Source: Spirochaetota bacterium (GTDB lineage Bacteria; Spirochaetota; UBA4802; UBA5550). From it: a stretch of 64,000 nt of DNA. Positions 56,619 through 64,000 of this stretch are shown in pieces. The stretch is taken from the NCBI GenBank assembly GCA_035403545.1, contig DAONFJ010000001.1, forward strand, positions 7,013 through 71,012, written 5' to 3'. Position numbers and translations under genes: made by a program. Position 1 is the stretch's first letter; every line of letters begins with the position of its first letter. The notes under the pieces were generated by a model. The model was not told the origin of the DNA, did no database searches, and saw nothing but the letters and a program-made list of their open reading frames with translations.

Positions 56619-58792
56619 TTGCCGAATACTCTGTTAAGAAAAGTTATTACTTCGTCAGATACCTCTTTAAGTTCTTTCCCCCTGATTATTCCATGCCGCC
56701 CGGATTCAATCTTAACAAGCTTTTTATCGAGTGAACTTATTTTTGAATATATTTCATCAGCACTCTGAGGATTTACTACGGGATCTCCCGTGGCTTGTAC
56801 CAAAAGAGCCGGTATTGTTATTTTAGAGAGGTTGCTCTCAACATATTTCATCAGTTTGCCGAGTTCATAAGTCCCGTTTATCGGATTTCTGGAATAATTG
56901 ATATCGGGATTTTCAGGAACATTGGGTACAAACTCCATCTTTCCTTTTTCAATTTTAAATTTTTTAAGAATAGTATTGAAAAAACTTACCGCACCGGTGA
57001 ATGAGGCTCTTATATCCTGAAGCCTGAGAGGCGCGCTGATTGAGACAAGCGCTTTTAATTTATTACCTTTCTGTACCGCCTGAAGAAGAGCTATTCCCGC
57101 ACCTGTTGAAAATCCTGCAACAGCGAATTCCGACACGCTGTTTTTCATGACAACATATCCCCTGTTCACCGATTCGTTCCAGTCCTGCCATCTCCGGCTC
57201 GAGAGATCTTCGGGCGTAGTACCGTGACCGCGAAGCCTTACTCCATACACCGAATATCCGGCCTTATAAAGTTTTTCGGCAAATGACCTTACCTCTTCCG
57301 GAGCAGCCATATAGCCGTGTACAAGAATAACTCCGCGTGTATTAAATATGTTGTGAAGGAAGAACGGTTGTCCGGTATTTTCAGTTCTTGATATTCCCTC
57401 TCTGAAGAACTGGTTATAATCATCATGATATATTTTCTGATCAAGTTTCAGAAATGTGTCTCTGATTTTTAATTTTACAAGCCAGGGCGTCATAAACATA
57501 ATTCGTCTGAGCATTGCGGTCAGTTCTGTTAAAGGTTCAATTTCATTTTTTAGAACTTCTATAAAATTATCTTTTCTGATAATATGAAAATTATAAAGCA
57601 GGGCGAATTTACCCATGTTCTTTATGATGGTATCACCTTTAATTTCGACGAGATTATTTTTTACAGCCTCCTCCATGAAACTGTCATATTTTTCGTGAAA
57701 TGTATCTGAACCGATATTATCGTGCCTTTTGACCAGTGTTGAGTGAAATGAATATTTTTTAAATTTCTTTAACCTCTCAATGGCAAGAGAGGCCCTGTTT
57801 TTAAAGTCATAATCCCTGATGGAGTTCTTCGGATAGTTGGCGAGAAAATAAGCGAATATATGATCATGATTAACTGTAGTCATTTTGTATATTGAATCCA
57901 TATAATTCTGCATTACTTTTATACTGAGCCTATTAATATGTTCACTATCAGCGATCTCTCCGAAACATGTTTCCTGATGGCATGAAAAAATACTTTTAAC
58001 TATTGATGTGCTGTTTACGTAATCTGACATTTTCAAAGCGTTGCCGAAGTTTATGTCTATGTCTACACCTTTGGTCAGCATGGTTCCTTCAATTTCAAGT
58101 TCTTCTGCGACACGGCCGGTTGTCTCACCGGTAAATTTTTCCACCATTCTTTTTATAAGATTATTTCTTGCCCTTATAGGATAATATGTGATGTTAACCG
58201 GAACTATGTATGTTGAACCGGTAAGGATGCTTGCCATATCCTCTTTTTTAAAATCATAGATATCCTTAATCATATCTATATCTTCGAATCTTTTTTTCTC
58301 ATAGAGTTTTTTTATTATCTGCCTGTATATCTCCACCTGAATGGCAATTTTTGCAGCTCCGGTATGAGGGGGCCTTCTTATACCTGTATTATAAACCAGA
58401 AATTTACCTTTTTCAACCAGTTTTTTATCCTTGATCATCTGTCCTTCAGGGAATATTATTACATTCATTTTTCCTGTGAGAAGGGAATTCGCCAAAACTT
58501 TGTCCCGGTCTGGATCTTTTGTGGATACTGCTCCCATTTTGTGGAGTATTGAATCAAACTTACCTTTGAAAAAAGAAGAGTCAGCAAGAGATAGAGAATG
58601 CAGCTTAGTCTGCTTATGCAGTACATAAGGTAGAAAAGCCGTCTCCATTCTTGTAAAATGGTTTACAACGAAGAGTACATGGCTTGCCGGAATTTTCTCG
58701 ACTCCGTGAAGCCGTATATCAGCCTCGGATGCTTTGAAAACAGCATCGAGAGTAAGTTGCGCCGCGCTGAGCATAAATTTGGAAAGTGGCAT
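56615..58792 (-). CDS. fusion of a PlsC-type lysophospholipid acyltransferase domain (N-terminal) and an alpha/beta-hydrolase (lipase/esterase) domain (C-terminal)
   Basis: Acyltransferase block I VNHFTRME (HX4E) and block III FPEGQM; C-terminal GFSTGAG (GxSxG) nucleophile elbow plus Asp/His (ATGDPVV...SGRHG). Confidence 0.7.
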   Translation of the reverse strand: MPLSKFMLSAAQLTLDAVFKASEADIRLHGVEKIPASHVLFVVNHFTRMETAFLPYVLHKQTKLHSLSLADSSFFKGKFDSILHKMGAVSTKDPDRDKVLANSLLTGKMNVIIFPEGQMIKDKKLVEKGKFLVYNTGIRRPPHTGAAKIAIQVEIYRQIIKKLYEKKRFEDIDMIKDIYDFKKEDMASILTGSTYIVPVNITYYPIRARNNLIKRMVEKFTGETTGRVAEELEIEGTMLTKGVDIDINFGNALKMSDYVNSTSIVKSIFSCHQETCFGEIADSEHINRLSIKVMQNYMDSIYKMTTVNHDHIFAYFLANYPKNSIRDYDFKNRASLAIERLKKFKKYSFHSTLVKRHDNIGSDTFHEKYDSFMEEAVKNNLVEIKGDTIIKNMGKFALLYNFHIIRKDNFIEVLKNEIEPLTELTAMLRRIMFMTPWLVKLKIRDTFLKLDQKIYHDDYNQFFREGISRTENTGQPFFLHNIFNTRGVILVHGYMAAPEEVRSFAEKLYKAGYSVYGVRLRGHGTTPEDLSSRRWQDWNESVNRGYVVMKNSVSEFAVAGFSTGAGIALLQAVQKGNKLKALVSISAPLRLQDIRASFTGAVSFFNTILKKFKIEKGKMEFVPNVPENPDINYSRNPINGTYELGKLMKYVESNLSKITIPALLVQATGDPVVNPQSADEIYSKISSLDKKLVKIESGRHGIIRGKELKEVSDEVITFLNRVFGK

Positions 58793-58814
58793 AAGCGTTT
58801 CTCCATTTTATAGA

Positions 58815-59231
58815 TTAATATTTATTAGAAAAATAATCTTCAATTATTGTTTTATGATCAAAAGCCATTTCGTCAGGAATTTCATTTTTTGAAAAAACAG
58901 ATGCTTCAGCCGCATCATCCCGGCCTTCCGGTATTCCTGCGGCAGATGCAATGAAAACAGTGGAAATTGTATGGTGACGCGGGTCTCTTCCAGGGTCAGA
59001 ATATGTATGAAACTGGCGTATAAGATTTACTTTAAGAGCTGTTTCCTCTTCTGCTTCACGTACTGCGGCCTGTTCGAGGCTTTCTCCGTAGTCGACAAAT
59101 CCACCCGGTATCGCCCATCCATAAGGAGGATTTTTACGTTTTATTAATACAATACCATTTTTAAGAGGTGTTTTTGTTTCAATAATTATATCTACTGTCG
59201 GATAAGGATTTCTGAATGTTTTCTCAGCCAT
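58815..59231 (-). CDS. NUDIX hydrolase
   Basis: Nudix box [24 protein letters not shown]. Confidence 0.8.
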   Translation of the reverse strand: MAEKTFRNPYPTVDIIIETKTPLKNGIVLIKRKNPPYGWAIPGGFVDYGESLEQAAVREAEEETALKVNLIRQFHTYSDPGRDPRHHTISTVFIASAAGIPEGRDDAAEASVFSKNEIPDEMAFDHKTIIEDYFSNKY

Positions 59232-59462
59232 AATGAAACCTCATATAATAATATTAATATGAATATTTTTAATTAGCAAGCAATTAATCTTTTAGATTTT
59301 CGGGCATCGCTTAAAATAGAGTAATAATTAAAATATTCGAGATATGTATTCCGGATATACTTATTCATTTATACATTGTATACAACTTTCCACTGCAGCC
59401 CCACACTCCCGCGGAGAAGGATGATCTGATGATAAAAAATTATACGCGCCGTTTGTGTACAA

Positions 59463-59483
59463 CTGTTTTGGCCCTCCCGAGGT
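59463..59483. repeat. GC-rich element copy GGCCCTCCCGAGGTGCGGGGA (inverted relative to the copy at 60472)
   Basis: Its reverse complement TCCCCGCACCTCGGGAGGGCC resembles GGCCCCCGCACCCCCGGAG at 60472-60490. A related fragment CCCACACTCCCGCGGAG lies at 59401-59417. Confidence 0.4.
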
Positions 59484-59649
59484 GCGGGGAATTGATAAAA
59501 GAATTTGTTTGGAAAGAAAGTATTAAAACGGATTGACTAAATTTAATATATCTTTAAACAATTGAACATTCATACAATTTATATATAGCAACAGACAGTG
59601 GTGATTAAATCTGATCATCACCGCCAAAATAAAGTATAGGGGTTATGCA

Positions 59650-60438
59650 ATGAAAGTTAAAGATATGTTTGATCTTTCCGGTAAAGTCGCAATTATAACC
59701 GGCGGAGGCAGAGGAATAGGGGAATTTATGGCAGAGGGTCTTGCAGAAGCCGGGGCTACTATTGTTCTTGCTTCAAGAAAAGTTGAGTTATGCGAAGAGA
59801 CCGGGAAGAGGCTTGCTGCTGCAAATGGAGTAAAATATCTTGCTGTAAAATGTGATCTTGCAAAAGAAGATGATATAAAAAATCTTGTTGATGTAACATT
59901 AAAAGAGTTCGGTAAGATTGATATTCTGGTTAATAATTCAGGAGTTACCTGGGGCGCTCCGACTCTGGAATATCCTGTTGATGCATGGGACAAAATTTTC
60001 AATGTTAATGTCCGCGGAGTATGGATACTTACTCAGAAAGTTGCGAATATAATGAAAGACAACGGCGGCGGTAAGATAATAAATGTTTCATCAATTTTCG
60101 GTTCAAGAGGGTCTCTTGAGATTGCCCATCCGGCGGTTGCTTATAATTCATCAAAAGCAGCGATTGAAATTCTCACAAAAAATCTTGCTGTGAAACTTGC
60201 GGATTATAAAATAAATGTAAACTGCGTCGCGCCGGGATTCTTTCACACTGACATGATGGGATATGTTTTTAAACCGGGAATGGAAAACATGCTTAATGCG
60301 ATGCTCAGTGTTATTCCTCTGCGTAAAGCGGGTGAGGCTGAAGATATTAAGGGGCTTGTAGTTTTTCTCTCATCTAAAGCTTCAGACTTTATGACTGGCG
60401 CGATACTGCCGATTGATGGCGGTATGGCTGCGAAGTAA
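59650..60438 (+). CDS. SDR-family oxidoreductase (FabG-like)
   Basis: TGGGRGIG Rossmann motif, NNSG, catalytic YNSSKAA (YxxxK). Confidence 0.85.
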   Translation: MKVKDMFDLSGKVAIITGGGRGIGEFMAEGLAEAGATIVLASRKVELCEETGKRLAAANGVKYLAVKCDLAKEDDIKNLVDVTLKEFGKIDILVNNSGVTWGAPTLEYPVDAWDKIFNVNVRGVWILTQKVANIMKDNGGGKIINVSSIFGSRGSLEIAHPAVAYNSSKAAIEILTKNLAVKLADYKINVNCVAPGFFHTDMMGYVFKPGMENMLNAMLSVIPLRKAGEAEDIKGLVVFLSSKASDFMTGAILPIDGGMAAK

Positions 60439-60471
60439 CTGACATACCTTAATCCGGTTCACTTCCAAAAC

Positions 60472-60566
60472 GGCCCCCGCACCCCCGGAGTGGGCAAGGA
60501 TTAGAGCCGGAAAGAGAATTTTTGCAAAAGATAAACTCTGCTTTGCCCTTCCGGGGTCGCGGGGGC
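60472..60566. repeat. composite GC-rich inverted repeat (GGCCCCCGCACCCCCGGAGTGGGCAAGG ... CTTTGCCCTTCCGGGGTCGCGGGGGC) with a 41-nt spacer
   Basis: The arms are about 75% complementary. It lies between convergent SDR and dapL and is nested with the terminator at 60535-60582. Confidence 0.45.
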
Positions 60567-60582
60567 AAGCGGAGAGTTTTTT
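60535..60582. terminator. Rho-independent, probably bidirectional, terminator: stem CTCTGCTTTGCCC/GGGCAAGCGGAGAG followed by TTTTTT
   Basis: T6 at 60577-60582 on the plus strand; T-rich on the minus strand after the same stem; sits between the two convergent stops. Confidence 0.5.
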
Positions 60583-60593
60583 AATAGTACAAT

Positions 60594-61811
60594 TTACAGT
60601 TTAGAAATTCTATCCATTGCTTTTATAACATTTTCGCGACTGTTAAACGCGCTGATCCGGATGTATCCTTCTCCGCACATTCCGAATCCTTCACCCGGGG
60701 TACATACCACTCCGAGTTTTGTAAGGAGCATGTCAAAAAATTCCCATGAACCGGTTTTGGTATTAACCCATATATACGGGGAGTTTTCTCCCCCCGTGCT
60801 CTCATAACCCATGGCTATCATTTTCTCTTTAATGATTTTAGCATTTCCCATATAATAGTCTATCATTTCATGAATCTGCTTTTTCCCTTCCGCAGAGTAT
60901 ACCGCTTCCGTAGCCTTCTGGACCGGGTATGATACTCCGTTGAATTTTGTAGTATGCCTTCTGTTCCATAGGGCGTGCAGCGAATGTTTATTTCCTGCAT
61001 TGTCATACGCCATACAATCCTTCGGAACAACAGTGAAGGCACATCTTGTACCGGTGAATCCTGCTGTCTTTGAGAAGCTTCTGAATTCGACCGCAACCTC
61101 CCGTGCTCCGTCTATCTCGTAAATACTTTTAGGAAGTGATTCATCACGGATAAAAGATTCATACGCCGCATCGTAGAGAATGAGGGCTTTATTTTTATGA
61201 GCAAAATCAACCCATGTTTTAAGCTGATTTTTTGTGATAGTTGCACCTGTGGGATTATTCGGGAAGCAGAGATAGATAAGGTCAACCTGTTCAGCCGGCA
61301 GTTCCGGTACAAATCCGTTTGAAGCTGTACAGTTCATATACACAAGATTCTCGTATCGTCCATTGACAAGAATTCCTGTCCGCCCCGCCATAACATTTGT
61401 ATCTACGTAAACCGGATATACAGGATCGGGTATTGCAATCCTGGTGCCGGTTGAAAATAGTTCCTGAAAATTTCCCGTGTCACACTTTGCTCCATCGCTT
61501 ATAAAAATTTCATCAGCAGCAATGTCAGCTCCGCGGCTTCTGAAATCGTTTTCTGCGATTGATTCACGGAGAAAATCGTATCCCTGTTCCGGGCCGTAAC
61601 CGCGGAAGGTCTTTAGTGAAGCCATCTCGTCAACGCCTGCATGAAATGCTTTAATTATTTCTGACGGGAGCGGAAGAGTTACATCACCGATTCCCATTCT
61701 TATTATTTCCATTTCCGGATTACTTTTCTGAAAAGCAGAAACACGTTTTGAAATTTCAGAAAAGAGGTAGGATGATTTTAATTTTAAATAATTTTCGTTA
61801 ATACGTATCAT
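60594..61811 (-). CDS. dapL: LL-diaminopimelate aminotransferase DapL
   Basis: N-terminal [24 protein letters not shown] matches the DapL signature; PLP-fold class I aminotransferase with the Lys motif ([10 protein letters not shown]). Start at the second ATG, with GGAG 7 nt upstream. Confidence 0.8.
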   Translation of the reverse strand: MIRINENYLKLKSSYLFSEISKRVSAFQKSNPEMEIIRMGIGDVTLPLPSEIIKAFHAGVDEMASLKTFRGYGPEQGYDFLRESIAENDFRSRGADIAADEIFISDGAKCDTGNFQELFSTGTRIAIPDPVYPVYVDTNVMAGRTGILVNGRYENLVYMNCTASNGFVPELPAEQVDLIYLCFPNNPTGATITKNQLKTWVDFAHKNKALILYDAAYESFIRDESLPKSIYEIDGAREVAVEFRSFSKTAGFTGTRCAFTVVPKDCMAYDNAGNKHSLHALWNRRHTTKFNGVSYPVQKATEAVYSAEGKKQIHEMIDYYMGNAKIIKEKMIAMGYESTGGENSPYIWVNTKTGSWEFFDMLLTKLGVVCTPGEGFGMCGEGYIRISAFNSRENVIKAMDRISKL

Positions 61812-62593
61812 TGAATTCTCCGCTATAATGAAGATTCGCACAAGTAAGCCATGTCATAATAGTTAAATGTGCTGAAAAATTATATACTCAAAACATGCGG
61901 CGGATTTTCTGTCAAGGAGATGTTTTTTTTCAGAATTATCCTCTGTATACTTTCTTGAGGATATGTCATTTATAACCGCAATAGCAGATTTAATATTTCT
62001 ATTCTCATCGCGGGCAACATTCCGAATTGCCGGGAGCATGCGTCTCCCGCCTGTCATCTCTATGAAGTCTACAGGAAAAAGGATAAGTTCAAAGGCCGGA
62101 TCATTCGAAACTGTTTTCAATTACGGACTCTCCAGGTTGTGCTTTAACAGCAGTATAACCTTTTTTTATGCGTCGGAGCCAGCTTGCACGTAATAATATT
62201 TAGTTTTCAGCGGGAAGAAATTTATTTTTTATTTAAAATACTCATCTGCAATCTGTTACTCTTTTCTAGTGTGTAATATAAGTGAAATAGCCAGAGTATT
62301 ATTTAACATATTAAAAATTTACCGTATATTCAGGAGCAAATGCTGATACTTTACGTCAATGAAATGTTGCAGGAAACAATCTGAATTTTGAAAATAATTT
62401 ATAAACTGCTTACAGTGCATAAGCAATACGAATAAAAAAAATAGTATTTATTAAAGAATTAATTAATATTCTTAGAGTAAAAAAGAATTAGTATATCTAA
62501 ATCTAACTTTTCATAAAAAAAATAAAATGTTCTTGTAATTACACTATATTTTTCATACATTAATTAAAAACTGTATAACTAAGGAGCTGACAC

Positions 62594-64000
62594 ATGAAAG
62601 AGAAAAAAGAAGCTCTTGCGGCTTCAAAATACGAAAATCTTCTTCCGAACCTGGCTGACTATATCCGCCACTATTCCAAAAAAAGGAAAAATTTTACTGC
62701 ATTGGCTGAATTTGACACCGGCGAGAATATCAGCTGGAAAAAATTTAATCAGTCAGTGGATGCATTCGCGGCAAAGCTGCTCTCCCTGGGATTTAAAAAG
62801 GGGGATATCGTTGCCACGTCACTTCCTCTTCTCAAGGAGCATGTTTATCTTATCTACGCATGTTACAGGACCGGAATTATACTTGCCCCTCTTGACCTCA
62901 GATTAAAGGGGGAGGAGATTATATACTGTTTTAAAAAAATACAGCCGAAAGCGTATTTTTTTCTCGGGAAAACACCTCTGGCCGATTTTCGTCCTATGAT
63001 TACTGAAGTCATGAATAATGTCTCGGGTGTAAACCTGTGGGTGCAGTTTCAGAAAGAGCCTGAATTTATTATCAAAGGCGCTGTGGGAATTACAGACTTC
63101 GCTAAAGATATAAAAAAGGTTTATATCAAAAGCCTTTTTTCCGGTACAGTCAGGAAAGCACGGTCGCTTGTCGAAAAGAGAGATCCCTGCCTGATAATAT
63201 TTACTACAGGATCAACAGGATCACCTAAGCCCGCGCTTCTATGTCATGAAAATATTTTAATTCAGAACATCGGCCTTTCTGTAGCATTTGAAATGACCGA
63301 GAATGATACTATGCTTGTTAATCTTCCGCCGTCACATGTGGGTTGTGTGACAGAACAGCTTGCGACTTCAATATTCGGAGGGTGTAAATCGGTAATTCTG
63401 CATATATTCAATGCGGAAAAAAGCCTCAAGGCCATCGAGCAGGAGAAGGTAACCGTTATCGGCCAGATTCCCGCTCTGTTCAACCTTGAATGGCAGCTTC
63501 CCGACTACGCGAAATATGATCTCTCTTCACTCCGCTTTATTCTATACGGAGGGCAGGAGGTGCCGGTTGAATTTTTACGCAAAATGCAGGCGATGGCTCC
63601 GAAAATCGGTACGGGTCTCGGACTTACTGAAACAGCGGGCTTCTGTACATATACCGATACTGACGCAATGATCACAGAGATAGCGAGAAGTATCGGCTTT
63701 GAAATGAAGCTCACTCCTATCAGCATAAGAGAACCGATGACAAGAGAAGGATTTGCGGGTAAAGAACTCGCACGCGGCGAGATCGGAGAGATCTGTTTTT
63801 CGGGGCCGCAGATATTTCCGGGGTATTATAAAGATGAGGAGAGTACGGCAAAATCTGTATCAAAAGACAGAGTATGTTATACCGGCGACCTCGGGTATTA
63901 TGACAATGAGGGATTGCACTTTGTAGGCCGGGCTAAATTTGTAATTAAACCAAAAGGCTACCAGGTTTATCCGCAGGATGTGGTAAATCATATATCTCAG
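62594..64000 (+). CDS. AMP-dependent synthetase/ligase (acyl-CoA synthetase), 3' end truncated by the window edge
   Basis: Own translation MKEKKEALAASKYENLLPNL...; AMP-binding motif IFTTGSTGSPKPA; AAGGAG 7 nt upstream. Not in the ORF track because it runs off the window end. Confidence 0.8.
   Translation, partial: MKEKKEALAASKYENLLPNLADYIRHYSKKRKNFTALAEFDTGENISWKKFNQSVDAFAAKLLSLGFKKGDIVATSLPLLKEHVYLIYACYRTGIILAPLDLRLKGEEIIYCFKKIQPKAYFFLGKTPLADFRPMITEVMNNVSGVNLWVQFQKEPEFIIKGAVGITDFAKDIKKVYIKSLFSGTVRKARSLVEKRDPCLIIFTTGSTGSPKPALLCHENILIQNIGLSVAFEMTENDTMLVNLPPSHVGCVTEQLATSIFGGCKSVILHIFNAEKSLKAIEQEKVTVIGQIPALFNLEWQLPDYAKYDLSSLRFILYGGQEVPVEFLRKMQAMAPKIGTGLGLTETAGFCTYTDTDAMITEIARSIGFEMKLTPISIREPMTREGFAGKELARGEIGEICFSGPQIFPGYYKDEESTAKSVSKDRVCYTGDLGYYDNEGLHFVGRAKFVIKPKGYQVYPQDVVNHISQ

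Noticed and set aside
61880-61915. A TTGACA...TATAAT promoter for dapL on the minus strand.
   Set aside because: The hexamers are present, but the spacing is 23-25 nt, too long for a functional sigma70 promoter.
1-64000. A search for CRISPR arrays, transposase/integrase genes and phage blocks.
   Set aside because: I found no regularly spaced direct repeats, no DDE or tyrosine-recombinase motifs, and no phage structural genes. The only repeats are the short GC-rich inverted-repeat elements reported above.

Overview
This 64-kb window looks like chromosomal DNA from a low-GC (about 38% by eye) diderm bacterium that uses Shine-Dalgarno sites. It is densely coding and largely operonic: about 49 CDS and one tRNA-Gln. 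I found no recognisable transposase, integrase, CRISPR array or phage genes. Gene content, in order: a partial acyl-CoA-dehydratase-activase-family gene; a REC-PAS-HD-GYP response regulator followed by hypF-hypA-hypB ([NiFe]-hydrogenase maturation); a GNAT acetyltransferase; an 864-aa lipoprotein; a 32-aa basic ORF; cutA; an MCE/MlaD protein; radA; an M23 peptidase; a 1883-aa outer-membrane-type protein carrying thrombospondin-type-3-like Ca-binding repeats; a DHH phosphoesterase translationally coupled to a 7TM-PP2C phosphatase; a Firmicutes-like block ispE-tRNA-Gln-(GlmU N-domain only)-prs-rplY/ctc-pth; a CDP-alcohol phosphatidyltransferase with an N-terminal nucleotidyltransferase-like domain; an envelope operon (MBL hydrolase, hypothetical, Slt lytic transglycosylase, secreted protein, HEAT lipoprotein); a GHKL-ATPase+HDOD signalling protein convergent on larE-larB-larC (nickel-pincer cofactor synthesis, with no larA in the window); YitT; an MCP; a TetR-MMPL-LolA-like-OMP module with an operator palindrome; lexA divergent from an acetyl-CoA hydrolase/transferase-GNAT fusion; an internally deleted MATE remnant; exbB-exbD; an LPLAT-alpha/beta-hydrolase fusion; a NUDIX hydrolase; an SDR; dapL; and a partial acyl-CoA synthetase. 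Nothing in this window stands out as an obvious novel multi-gene system (defence island, mobile element, CRISPR or phage-like block). What is worth a second look is a set of uncharacterised fusion proteins, the envelope export module and the larBCE/HDOD neighbourhood. Three other points stand out. First, two genes have their conserved N-termini separated from their only ATG by a 1-nt frame shift inside A5/A6 homopolymers, which points to homopolymer indel errors in the assembly. Second, a GC-rich inverted-repeat element family occurs at three loci in an AT-rich background. Third, several hairpins overlap the stop codons of convergent gene pairs and look like bidirectional terminators.
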